Assembly: GCA_002633005.1 (NCBI GenBank)
Contig: NMRA01000042.1
Span: 1,123,019 to 1,187,018 of the forward strand
Source of the DNA: Phoronis australis
Lineage: Eukaryota > Animalia > Phoronida
Length of the DNA: 64,000 bases
Direction: 5' to 3'
Below, one piece after another: positions 1 to 12,516 of the stretch. The translations under genes were made by a program, and so were the position numbers. A model generated the notes under the pieces. That model worked only from the letters and a program-made list of their open reading frames with translations. It was not told the DNA's origin and made no database searches. How positions within the stretch are numbered: position 1 is the stretch's first letter; each line of letters opens with the position of its first letter.

Positions 1-1660
1 GAAGAGGAATACGGTCTTCGGGATTGCCGCTCTGAAGTCTGAAGGGTGACTTTTTCGCGGTCTATCTATTTTTCAAAAATGTAATTATTTATTGAAAATA
101 AAAGTATATGTGGCATTATTATATGTTAAAATTTGATTTTAATTTAATACAAGCTACCGATGACCAAAACTGCAAGATTTTTACGGATAGCAAAAAATGA
201 AATTCAGGTTAGCAACAACTCAAGTTTAATGCATGAGGGCGTATAAACTAATGAATACACAGAAGTGTCCAGAGTTCATGCCCTAGCTCATTTCGGCGCC
301 TGTGAACGTGTGACAATGGTTCAGATACCATAGTTACTCTTCTAATTTGTCTCTCTAGTGTTTTGACACACCTTATAAATAAATGTTCTATAAGAAGAAT
401 CGTTAAAAAAATAGCAACTCATGTATATAGCGTGCACAACACAAGAGGAGGCTCAGCAAAGGCAGCCCTACGGTAACACATTACCTAGGTGTGCACATGC
501 ACGGTGCTATTTGGGATTGTACTTGGGGCAAGTGAATTTGTTGTTCGGGCACAAGTAAAAATTTCAACTACTTGCCCGTGCAAGTGGCTTAAAAAGTTAA
601 TGTTGAGCCCTGCGAGCTCAAACCACTGAGCCACACTGTCTACAAAAAATCAGAGACCTAACACTTTTTTGAGTGACTTGCTAAAATGCAAAAAATCCCA
701 GTTTTATCACTGAAACTGGTATTTATTCACGGCTGAAACACGATTCACCAATGGGGATATGGGCGCCTGGGACTGACTGGTAAAACACCTACTTTTGAAT
801 TAAAAAAGACCAAGTTCTAATTCGCGGTTGTAGGTTACATATTGATAATATTCTTACCAATCACTAACATCTAATCGCAACTCCTGCGCACCTTCAGCCT
901 ATTGACGTTCACAGGACGAACCCGCTGGGAGAGAGTCTTCGGCGACCAGAGAAAGGGCCGTGAAAGGGATCGAGGGAGAACGGCTCCACTACAGAAAAGC
1001 TGTGAACACATATTGTTCCTCTGGCATCTGTCACCTCTACCTCCACGTCCGAAAGGTCGGAATCCTCTGGAAAGTCCACCTGTCCGTCCCTGTATCGTAT
1101 TCCTCATCTACGCTGCTGTACTCACTTGGACACACATTGCTTCCTTTGTGTTCCCCAACACCACGTCACAGATGTGTAACAAACGAAAATGGCGCCGTTT
1201 CTATTCTCCGTTACAACGATGGCGTTACAACACCACGGCACTAAATATGTAAATAACTTTGTATAGCTGCGTACAATTCAGTTAATGTTAAGAATATAGC
1301 AATGATAATTATAAACTAGAATTTAGACCATATTGTTGTTCAGATTGGTTTGGACCTTGCAATTTCCTCTTTAATAGCTGATTTCGTTTTCCTGGCGACA
1401 TTTTTTTAAATTTGTATCTTTGACCGTGTCCCATGGGAGGGTTGAACCCCCCGACCCCCCCCCCACCCCCGTAGATCCGCCTCTGTCATGGTCACAGAGC
1501 GGTTTATTAAACATCATTTCATTTTCTTGAAAATTCATCACAAAATCTTGGAATGGAGAAATTGGTTTATTTGTTATGCTTATATAAATTCATAGTTAAG
1601 CTCTTGGAAGTCAGTTAAAAAGTGACTCATTAAAGTCAGTTTTTATTGTTAAACCATCAC

Positions 1661-1853
1661 CTTATCAACAGTTCCAGCGACTTTTTCGCTTCTGGCAATC
1701 ATGCCACTGATGTCTTTACTTGGGTGACTCCAGAACGCCAAGGCAGACTTCATGCCTTTCCCGTCATCCACGAGAATCTCATTTTCCATAATGTTGGGGT
1801 TGTCATCAATTTCTGTGCGAAGTCGGGTAATTTCTGCATTCGATAAGAGTCCT
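1661..1853 (-). CDS. Exon of a PhyH-family Fe(II)/2OG dioxygenase (ectoine dioxygenase / L-proline trans-4-hydroxylase-like); downstream exons lie left of the window
   Basis: Acceptor ttgcag, donor GTGATG. Translates (K)GLLSNAEITRLRTEIDDNPNIMENEILVDDGKGMKSALAFWSHPSKDISGMIARSEKVAGTVDK, matching the recalled family pattern DDGxGxxSxLxxWNHPGxDITGMxARSEKVAGT. Confidence 0.8.
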
Positions 1854-3259
1854 CTGCAAATTAAATGCATAAGACTCGCAGTTGCTAACGTTGCTTTTAG
1901 TGACTCCAAAACAATTTTCTTATTTCCATCTCTTCAATAGACGGTACCATTTAATGCCAGTAAATAATACATGTCAGTTTCTTTTGCAATAAACCTTGGG
2001 CCTGTACCAAAAATGACCGAGTGGAGACAAAAAAGCCAATTTAAATAAAATTTAGGCTTGTATTAAGTCCACTTCAAAGACGTAAACTCAAGTTCGTCTG
2101 AAATTTCCAACTTAAGATTTGAGTCCGTCTTACAAGAGTTTTCCGCATGCAAGCCGGCCGAATATACACCCAGAAAACGACTAGAAGTTTCCAAAAATAC
2201 GCCCAGGGTCGAAATTTTACATGTTGGGACGCTAAAAGTTTTGATAAGTTGCTGTTTTTAGAATATTCGGCACTGGCTTGTCTGCGGGAAACAAATGTAA
2301 AGTCAAGAACTTGTAATGAATATAAGCTCAATTTCTTGGAAGTCATTCCCTTGTCACTGTAGACGACAGAACGAACGACAACTTGCCACGTGTTTTGAGG
2401 AGACGTTTTGCACATGTGACACTTTCATGCTTGATTACAGCAATAAACTCTTGTGTTGGATGATATTTCTTCGATAAATCTAAATAATCACCATTTTGAC
2501 AACTTATAAATGACTCAAGACAAAATGAAGCATAACTTGAAGTTACGATCGAAACTTAAGGCGATTTTAGCAATGAATATTTATTTGGCTGCCAAATAAT
2601 CTCACGTTTTTTATTCAAATTAAACTCAAAACCAAAAAAACTGATGCCAGTTTTTTTGAAACGGAACCCAGAGAACAAATTCACGCAAGTCTTTGCAAGA
2701 TATCGACATGCATTAGAAGCGAAGCACAAAATAACCTTAGTTTTACTGGCGAGTATCTCGCGTCATGAAAACGCGTACCTCATATTAAATTTAGCAGTTG
2801 TTTTTAACGTAAACATGTTAATTCTGTCAAACAAAATTAGACTATGTAGAATAAGTTCGGGTGATGCGATTCTTTTTTGCAACTAAATGATTAGTCTTCC
2901 CTTGCAGCAGGGAATACCTTCCATTTCAGAGTTGGCTTGATGCAAAAATAGATGTTTAATGTAAAATCTGTTACAATCTACGAACAGTTCCTTAGTAAGA
3001 AATTTGAAATGTCTTGCCTTATAACCACAGAGAGTACAAAATGCAACTTGGTAATCATTTTTATTTTAGGTAGACTGGTTGTGCATTCTTTCAGCGTAAT
3101 TGTGCTCGGTCTGTGACGTCATACCTCTTGGTTACGCAGTTAGTAGGGTGAGTGTGCAGATAATGAGACGCATTTGTATACTGTCCCTATATTTTTAGAG
3201 TTAAGTTCTAACACACGTTCGGGATATTAACTTCTACGCCAATCAGATAGAGAACTTAC

Positions 3260-3344
3260 TTGATAATGATGTAGCCATTCTCGTTGAAGTCTTTGATACA
3301 TTCATCAGTAACGATGAAGTCATCGCCTGTCATGCGATAATAGG
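3260..3344 (-). CDS. Upstream exon of the same PhyH-family dioxygenase
   Basis: Acceptor tttcag, donor GTAAGT. Translates YYRMTGDDFIVTDECIKDFNENGYIII(K), the typical PhyH N-terminal FxxxGYxxx motif. Phase 2 end joins exon 1661-1853 in frame (AA+A = Lys). Confidence 0.8.
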
Positions 3345-3415
3345 CTGAAAGTGACGATAAATATGAGTGACACAGTAAAAAATCTACATTATTCGCGCCC
3401 ATTTACACAAATGTG

Positions 3416-3557
3416 TATGGGCGGCGCAGCACGTACTGAAAAAGTGGGGCTATAGCCCCCCCCCCCCCGTGGTGTACCGCCCATAGAACATGGGCTGCGC
3501 AGCACTGAAAAAATGGGGTGCTGTAGCCTTCCAGCCCCCTATGGTGCGCCGCCCATA
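3416..3557. mobile_element. Two tandem ~70-bp mini-MITEs with (C/T)ATGGGCGGCGC-type termini
   Basis: tatgggcggcgcagcac...gtaccgcccata, then catgggctgcgcagcac...gtgcgccgcccata. A related copy lies in reverse orientation at 8766-8841. Confidence 0.6.
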
Positions 3558-5340
3558 TCCAAACCCGCTTCCCACCCCCAAAAAAGACAACTTCCCGATA
3601 TGAAATTAGTCTCGCATTGTACCTTAGTCAAAACGTGTGCTATCTGGGCTCGGAAAGAACAGACTATTGTTTAGGACCAGGATGTAGGCCTAAGTCTACA
3701 TAAGTTGACTTGTAACGGCGTGTCATTTCATTCGCCAAACATGGTCCTGGAGGAACAACGAACAGTCAGTTCTTGGCATTAGGCCAGACAAATCACTTCT
3801 TATCTAAGAAAGTGTGGTTTGATAACAGATGTATAGCGGGTAAATGGCCTAAGTAAAAATATTGTTGCGCCTTATAGGCGCATTCATTCACGCCCAGTAA
3901 ACAGGTCACAAGTACTGCAGCTATCTCTGTGCAAGTATATGATATCCAGGAAAGGGCAAAATAGACAACGGATATTAGTTTCCTGGTGGAGAAAGAACGT
4001 TTCGAATTAGCCTTGATACAAAGAAACAATTTCCCGCCTGCCGTTAAAGTTCCGTAGTCAAGGTAAGAGTCTAACTTAGCCCCAAACAAAATCTGTGCAT
4101 ATGGGCACACTTTCCGTGTCCGGCAGAAAAACTGCGGTTGGTTCACAATCTGCTGGTGAGAATCGGTAATTCAATCACCAATTCGATCTTGAACTCCAAC
4201 GTAGTTTTAATATTTTTTGTAAAGATTTACGCAGATGAATACATACACACATAGTTAGTTACTGTGTTCAGAGTTAAAGATTTTGTCGTTCAAATTCGAA
4301 TTTTTTCATTTAATGTTGATGTCTACAAATGCAGTCCTCGCTATAAATCGCAATGCAGAGTGCAAAACATTTTTATCAAGAACAGAACAAGAGAAAATCA
4401 AAAGATGAGTGTTAAAATCCGAGCTTGAAGATGACTTTGGGCCAGCCGGTACGTCATTCCGTCAGCGAAAAGCCCTACAATAAGTCTTTCTTGCGGCACA
4501 CACCCTGGAAAATGCGCCCACGCAAAAAAGTCCCATTTTTAGGTAGTTGCGATTTTGCCTGTCATTGGATCTGCAGTCAGTTTACTTGGTTCAACCGCCG
4601 TTCCATCGCAGTGCCCTCTTGTGAACCCAAGACATAGGTATTATTAAAAAGCCATTACCTGGTATAATGTAGGTTGGAATTGAAGCAAACCCTCCGTCCA
4701 ATCCTAACAACGAAAGCAATTTTCGATAGGAAAAACCTACGCTCCTAAATATACCGGTCACAAAATTGTGGAGGTTCTTGAATTTTGGCTTATCTACGAA
4801 ATAAACACCAAACCCGGTTTTGGCTTATTAACAGATAGTAAAAAAGACTTTTCCATCCAGTTCCCTTCGACAACCGTCTCAGAACTTTGGAGGAAAGTTT
4901 GAAAACTCCTTTCAAAATTTGCCGAAGGGACAAGTGTGACTTACGCTTTTAGTGAATTAAACGGCAACGGGGGGGGGGGGGGGNNGGGGGGGGGGAGAGA
5001 GATCACCCACCAAGGACCATAATGTGCAATTTGTGAGATAGGGAGGATGAGTTCTTGGTTGATTCCTGTCTTCAACTCGGAAGATTGACGCTAATGATGC
5101 ATTATTAGCCGGTGGTAGAGCGAGGATTGGTTGAAATCATCAAAACAGGATTTAGTAATCCTCTTAACTAACGGTACCATTTGTAGATCTACCATTACCT
5201 TTATCAAATACACACATTAATTCTTATTCTTTTTCGATGTGTCTGCCACATTTTCCGAAGGCATCCTTTTTCCGACAGTACGCTCGGTTTATATTTGGGG
5301 CACTAGATAGGTAAAAATATGTTATTTTCTGAAAAAAAAC

Positions 5341-5600
5341 AAGAAACACGGTTATCGGACTGCCAAACACGGTTTATGGACAAAATGTAGATGTCAGCTG
5401 ACCCAGGTACCCGATGAGTCCTTGACCCGTGTTTGGCGGCCCGTTAATCGTGTTTCTTCGTGAATGCGAGTCCGTGTCCCTTGTATTTGGGTGAATGGAT
5501 TGTGTTTTGTGAGTCCCTTCCCGTTTTTGTGAGTCAGTGAACGGTGTTTGCATGCACGTGAGTCGTGTTCATGCGTCCGTGACCGTGTTTATGAGTCCAT
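5341..5600. repeat. Imperfect inverted repeat plus degenerate GAGTCCGTGT-type short repeats (transposon-end relic)
   Basis: aagaaacacggtt...gccaaacacgg (5341-5372) pairs with ccgtgtttggc...cgtgtttctt (5426-5458), followed by several gagtcc/ccgtgttt motifs. Confidence 0.4.
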
Positions 5601-8600
5601 TAACCGTCGTAGTTTAGGTACCTTGTTATAAGACTTTGGATTTCCTTTGTCCGTGAGCTAACGCTTGAGTGAAGATTCTCTGTAAACAACATAATTATAC
5701 AATACCTTACAATGCACTGCAGACAGGAGGGCCTATGCTTGAAAGAACCGGGTGTGTCTAAAGTGCCGCTTACATTTACAAAGTTGACACGGATCAGCTG
5801 ACACGGAACAAATTGTTCCAGTGTGTAAACGGACTGGCACGGAGCAAATTGACACCGCGGTGACAAATTTTTGCCGCCACCCTTTTGTGAGGTAGAGCAA
5901 TTTGCGCCCGAACATCTTGCGCCGTGTCAATTATAAGTCTAAACGCGAAACTGGAGCAAGGCGGAAAGGATCATCTCTACTGCGCTTGGGCAATGACCTA
6001 CGTACGGGTTCTTTTTCTCTTCAACTATTGTCATTTATAAACCTGCGCACGTGCGATCCAGTCTCTCAAGACTTTTGAAAATTTCCGTCTTGCCACGGTT
6101 AGTGAGTTGTGTGTGTAAACGGCCGCTTGTCACGGGTCAATTTACTCCGTGTCAGTTGCGCCGGGCCAAAAGTTGATGTCCCGTTATGGTAGCAAATTAA
6201 TCAGAAAGGAGAATAAAACATGTACCAAGACTGGTTTATCGAGATAAGAGACTGGTTGGAATCCAAGATTAGTGACTTGTTGCCAGTGGAGACAGTGTGT
6301 CACTGAACTATTTAACGCTTGATGGTCTGTTTGTTCCAAAATAAATACGAAAGTAAATGTGAATATTGTCTAGTATAGTTTATTATTGTTGAGGTCTTTC
6401 CATTTTGACTTAACTCTGGTCTGAGCGGAGCGGAGCGTCGAAGTAAACTACGAAATAAACAGTTAGGTAACACTATTGCAAGTGACGTAGCATGATAATG
6501 CACACACAGTTATCGATGAAGTATTTGGAATTATGTGAATTTGCCACAAGTTATGGAGCTTGTGTCATTTGATTTAAACCTGAAGAATGAGAAATTGGAG
6601 GTTATGATACAGTGATAAGCCCATTCGATGTAGAAGTTGCCAACTTAGTGTCTGCTTAGAGTTTGTTTTCAAAATTCACAGGCGTTTTTTCAATGCTTGT
6701 TAGATTTTATGGAATCCATGAACTAGTGTTAAATTTATAAAGATTTTTATGCCATACATTCTTTTACCTTGTTTTTACATATTCTATGAAAATTAGCCTT
6801 TATAGCCAGTCTTTGCATTTAACTAGATATATCATCTAAAACAACTACTTACATGCTCACTGCTTTCATTTTGATGTCACAATAAGTTAAAGGTAGTTAT
6901 TTAGTTTAATATCTGAGTTACGGTCTAGTTGTTTGTGTTCTGTTTGTGATGCCCAATTTAGCCTGTTCTGTTTTAGCCAGTCAAGGGCTTTGACTTTGTA
7001 CCAACTGGTGGTAGGAAAAATACGTTTTAAAACGTCTAAATGGTTAATCTGCAGGTTATTAATTGGCTCCATTTTGAGGGTGTTCGAATGTTTCAATGAA
7101 CTTTTTAAGTCTTAAATTTGTTTTTTGGTCTTTGGCTATTATAAACTTGCAAAAAAGTGGTGGTCACCCAATTAGTTTTTCCGTGGGTGTGTGAACTGAG
7201 GCACCTCTGAAAAAATGCGAAACTAACATAGGTTACTGAAAAGCCATCTGTAATCAAACCAATGCTTGCAATCCTTCTGAGAGCAGTATCATTGCACGAT
7301 ATCGGTTATATATTTTAACAGTTTAAGTCGTAATTCCTGGTATATTTCATGTAAGTCCCATGAACGATGAGACAAGAAAATGGCTACAAATGTGTGCCGG
7401 ACAAATTAGCCGGCATTGTCACCCAGTCGCATTGATTGATACGATGCATGGCTAAACCACTGAAGTCATACCAGGTGGTTAGGTTTTCAGTCATTCATGT
7501 GTGGCAGTTGCGATGGGTATCTGACCTTCTGATACTTGTTTACTGAATGGTTGAAGTATTGGTGTTTATGTTAGGTCAATAATGCAATGTCAAGTTTGTT
7601 AAATGATGACCCTTATTACTTTGTTTGGAGTGCTTGGTCAGTCTTCTTGCTTTGAACAAGTTTTTGGTTGAAAAACGTTATCATAGGTTACAAACTGGGT
7701 AGTGGAGTTGTCTTCATCTGAAAGGAGTTGATGTTCCTTATTTGTTAATATGCTAAAGGGGATTGGTGTTTTTATTTTTTATTTCCCTGGGAAATTTAGT
7801 ATTTTAATTAAGATTATTGCACTGGATGGTGCTAGATTGGGAATTATGGTAAAAATTGCAGCGGTTGTCATGCGATTGGTTTGTAAAACATACTTCGTTT
7901 TTAGAGGATGACTGATGAGCACACGTTGCTGTTGATGAACAATAATTTGTAGATTACACTGTACTTTGTTCATTTAGTGGATTTACGGCTCGGTAAAAAG
8001 CGATTATTTGCTATGAATAACTGTGAGTTTGCTGTTTGACATCATAAACTAATGTTTCTTACTTAGTCGGAGATGAACTGGTCGGTTTTTGACTGCACTT
8101 ACAGAAGTTTCCATGTTTCTCATTTCCTTTTGAATACTGGTGAACATGGGTTTGTTCAACCCCTTTAGAAGTTTATGCCTATGCGATGTGTCACGTGATG
8201 AATCCTCAGAATTTTTTATTGACGCTCATTTATGATGATGACATGTAGCTGGTGAATATAGGCCTAAAACATTTCCTAAATTTTGTCACTTGAGAGCATT
8301 TGCTGTATGCATGATCAGCAAGTTTATCGCATGTACGAAAGACCATATAAGACAGAGACTTGAACAACCCTGAAATTCAGCTCGTTGCTCATGAATACTG
8401 CCATGCCAGGGTTATAGTAGAAGCCAGCAGTTCACATACCCTTAACTCAACAAACTATCTTTGTCTTTTAATTATGGTTGTACTCTATTGTTCGTGGTTT
8501 GTATTTCTTGATATTTCTTTCCTATTTTATTCATGCTTGTTTTAATGTTTTTTCTTTTACACTGCAGCAGTATTGTTGCTACATAGTAGATAGTATTTAT

Positions 8601-8765
8601 TTAACATATTTTTGTAGTAAGTTATGGACACCTTTTTTTAAATCTGGGGGAAGAGCCAAAGCATTGATTTTGTGATGTTTATGTATAATCGTTACTGGTT
8701 TATTATATAAGGCATTTGTTTGAAGTTGCAGGTATTTTATTTTTACTATAAATGTATGCGTGTTA

Positions 8766-8841
8766 CATGGGCGGCGCACCATAGGGAGCTGGGGGCCATA
8801 GGTCCCAAACTTTTTTCAGCCTGAGCGCTGCGCCGCCAATG
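8766..8841. mobile_element. Mini-MITE, same family as 3416-3557
   Basis: catgggcggcgcaccatag...gctgcgccgccaatg has terminal inverted repeats and is the reverse complement of the 3489-3557 type. Confidence 0.6.
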
Positions 8842-9559
8842 TGTTGGCTTCAATAATCATGACATAGTAGTAGCGCTAAGTAATTGGACTTCATTGTCCA
8901 TATTTATTTTTGCGTGGGTATTTTATTAGTTAGTAACAAATTAATAAACCATTCGTGAATTTTTGAGAAAATTTAGGAAGATCGAGTAAAAAAGCCGTAG
9001 TAACGGTGTTTTTTCAAAGTGGAGGACCATCGTTGTAACTGGTTTTTTTTTCGGAGTGGTGGCATGGGCCATCGAAGTATTTTAATACACTCCAGTGTAG
9101 TCAATATAAAGGCTAAAACCGATGCTCTGTAGATTGACAATCTCATCACAGCCATGTTGTAACTCCATGTCTACTCAAATGCGGCTGATGGTTTAGCTAA
9201 AGATGGTCCTTCAACAACCCTGTCTCAAGGAGACCTGGTTCTTCGTAGCAGGTCACCATAATTGTGTGCGGCACCTGCGCTGCTGTAGCAGTCTTCAAAA
9301 TAAACCAAACGACGTGGAAACTATTTTGGCCTAGAATACAATAGCGCCTCCATGTACGTTGTCTTAATTTTCCCAATTTGCACGTAACTCCATTTAAAAA
9401 TAAACAATAAGCGCAATAACGTCAACCTAAACTACGAGAAAACTTTGACAAAAGTGCGATAAGCATTCGACTAAGGTGCCAAACATTTCTGGCAAGAAGT
9501 TTATACTAAGTTTAGCAGCTTGACAGAGTTCTTTCGAAGTTTATTTTGAAGTTTGCTGT

Positions 9560-10860
9560 GTTGTGGAACACCTGTCCAATAATGTCAAAAAGTTCCACAC
9601 GAAGCTGCACACGTGAATGACAAGACTGTAGTACCTGTTGATCTATTCTAAGAACAGGCATACCGTGTATCAAAGGAGTAAAAGGGTCTGGAGTTATAAG
9701 GAGCATTTTAATGAGAGCCGAGCAATTAAGTGGTCATGTGGTTAAAGAGTTTCAGTGGGTGTGCCCACCTTGATACTGCCATGGAGAACGTAAGTCACGT
9801 GGAATGAAGGTGGTGAAGAGCAAACGTCACGTAGTGGAGGACAGGAAAAAGACTAAGTAGTGGACCTGGACGAGGATGACTAAAGAAAGATTGCAAAGGA
9901 GACAGAGAAGCACAGACACCAGCTCACTGACCAGCTGTCATATCGCCATAACTTCAGCAATCGCCGAGAAAATTCCAGAACGAGCTGGCCATTGGGCATG
10001 AGCAGAGCAGTCAGATTTTTAGTTTTGGTAAGCAGTGAATGTTACAAAGCAATTAAGAAAAAGTCAAGATGCTAGAGATGCTGAGGAAGCCTGTACTGTC
10101 AAGGGAAGGACATGGCGTTGAAACGTTGTTCAGTTGCCTGTTAGTTGATGGACAGCAATATAACATTAACATAGCTGATATCTTTCAGTATGAACTTATT
10201 GAGTCCACTCCCTATAGCCCAGATGGGCAAATACGGCAGTCTGAGGAAGGGTGGCAATGCCATTTTGGTCAAATCTCTTCGATCGCATTATGTCCCAAAT
10301 AATTCTGCTCCGAAGGTGGTATTGGTTGGAGATTTAGGTAAAGCCCCGGCACTCTACTAGCCTCCTATCCTCTCGCTTGTGAAACAATTATTCGCTTGGC
10401 GGAAAAATATGACCACGAAGATCCCTATACAAAGGACCATGAGACGATAACATGAGGAAAAGTTGAGGCATTCATGCTAACCCCTGTTCCTAAACATCCC
10501 TTTTACCGCTAAATTATTCTATATAACGCTATGTTAAACAACCTTTTATGTGTATGAAGCTATTCCCTTCTATTCAACATCGAGTGGGTCAAGAAGAGCC
10601 ATTGTGTAATTACACATGGTGAAGCAGACGTTGTATAGGTAGATGTTGAAAGTGATGGAAGAATGCACCCACACCATCAGAATCACTTGTGACAACACTG
10701 ACGTCTCCGAGCTCTTCATTTATGGGACGTCTAATATGCCAGTATACGCCAAGACTCAAATGGACAAGTGGAATGGTAGTATTTCGGACAAGTGCCGCCA
10801 ACATGAGAGGTCACAAGACGTGAGGGTACTGGACAGAGAAAAGTTCTTGGTTTGAACGAC
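9560..10860 (+). pseudogene. Decayed transposon ORF with XPG/PIN-like nuclease motifs (Academ-like)
   Basis: Frameshifted fragments LFSCLLVDGQQYNINIADIFQYEL..PDGQIR (~10125-10240), KYD..KDHE (~10403-10443), THGEADV (10612-10632), IRITCDNTDV (~10676-10705) and QMDKWNG. These resemble the LFxRLL..DxFxYEL..DGxMR / HxEAD / DDTDV motif series of Academ XPG-like proteins. Confidence 0.55.
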
Positions 10861-11188
10861 CTAGCTGTCAGAGACGCCAATAACTCCTCTCTGAGTAGAC
10901 ACGGAGGAGTCAAACTGAACTTATCGCAGTCACTGACTCGTGGTCCATTAACCTTGAACCTGTTCTCCATGAACACCGACGCATGGGGTGGTGAAATTTT
11001 CTCGAGAACCTGTTAGTCATCAATCCTCAGACGAAGGCAGGCGGCTCCGCAAAGTCGGGAACTTTACTTTATTTTATAGTAAGTTCCACAAGCCATAGTT
11101 TATGAGTTTTCCCTGCATTAATAACAGTGTTCATCCTAGTTTACGTATATGTAACCTGCACGGATTACGCGTAATCCGCTATTCACTA

Positions 11189-11290
11189 TGAGGAGGCAAT
11201 GTGGCTTAGTGTCCTTCCACTACGCAAGGTTGTGTTTTCGAGTCGCACGGGGCACACTTACGGTCGCCTGAGTCAAGTCCCTAGATACTT
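11189..11290 (+). mobile_element. Degenerate tRNA-derived SINE head
   Basis: A-box-like TGGCTTAGTG (~11202) and B-box-like TTCGAGTC (~11237) at tRNA-like spacing, followed by a cctgagtcaagtccct SINE-like body. No complete cloverleaf. Confidence 0.35.
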
Positions 11291-11493
11291 AGCCCTGTAT
11301 CAACTAATAAAGCATAAAGTTGGTCCAAGTGATCAGTGCAAAAGGCCTTCCTGACTGGCATGCCTAGGTATTAGGTAAATTGCAGGGTCAACTTTTTGGC
11401 AAGTAGACTAAAATACTGATGTAGGCTAATTTGATATGCTGACTTTAGTTTGAAAGTAATTCCCTGCTTGGAGCAAAGGTCATCATTAGCTAT

Positions 11494-11653
11494 CAGTGGC
11501 GGATTTAGAGGGGAGCCAAGGTGGCCGTGCCCCCCCCCCTAAAATTCTCCCAGATTCCATTTGGCAGTACGGGGGTGGGAAAGTCTGATGGGCAAAATCC
11601 TGGCTTATACTCTGCCCTGCCCCCCCCAACTCAAAATCCTGGATCCGCCCCTG
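11494..11653. mobile_element. 160-bp MITE with CAG(T/G)GGCGGAT termini and 5-bp TSD
   Basis: cagtggcggatttag ... ctggatccgcccctg, flanked by GCTAT at 11489-11493 and 11654-11658. Confidence 0.8.
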
Positions 11654-12516
11654 GCTATGCATAGCAGGCCTCACTGGCTGATGCATCGTGAAGTTTCAAT
11701 TAGATTGGTTCAGCTGATAAAGACTTAATGAGCCCCTAAAAGAATTCTCCGACCAGGCCCGAAATGTACGAATGAAAAATAAAGACGTAGTTTTATACAA
11801 TACTTATTATAAAAACCCTTGCTTTTCTAAAATAGTAATTATTTAATGTTGTGTGAAATTGTAGAGCGGTCACCATATCATATCTTTGAAAAACAGGGGT
11901 AGCATTTTTGACCCAACCTGGAGTACTTAGTTATGCAAATTTCAATATTTGTTTCAGGTTCAGTGACATTTTAAGGTCACTTCAAGCCGCAACATCGACA
12001 AGCTTTGTTACTCCTTTCTCTTCCCACAGCATTTCCACACACCAGCAGTGCTGCATGGCACAATGTACAAGTCAGTGGCCGTGGAGAAATGTGAATCGCA
12101 GTATTAAGTTACCATAAGACAGTGAGCCAGTGGATTGTTTGTGTATGAAATGAACTATATATGACCTATAGAAATGTGCAGCAATCAAAATGAAGTATTC
12201 CCTTTGTTTGCATTTGATTTGTTTGTGTAATTATTTTCAGAGCTTTCTTGAGAAGGCCTTTGAACAATTTTAAGTTTTGTGTTAACTTGTCTATGAATAT
12301 GCAAGAAAAGTATGTTTTCAATTGTAGCTAGCTTGATAAGAATCTGCTAGGCACAAGATTCGAAAATTAACATTATCAGTGTATTTAAAAACAAAATGGC
12401 AAACTGAATAAGCACATACATACAAAGAAACGACATTGTTAAAAACAATTGTAATTTTGCCAATGCAATAGTGTTCATAACCAGGCATATCAAAAGCTGA
12501 ATTTCTGAATTAGGTT

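Noticed and set aside
1-55. Possible next PhyH exon at the window edge
   Set aside because: Minus-strand translations do not give the expected LLGGEVYHYH-type continuation.
4968-4996. Poly-G tract as a G-quadruplex element
   Set aside because: It contains Ns, so its length is unreliable, and G/C runs are common in the MITEs of this window.
11189-11290. Possible tRNA gene
   Set aside because: Only degenerate A/B boxes, with no acceptor stem or cloverleaf; treated as a SINE head.
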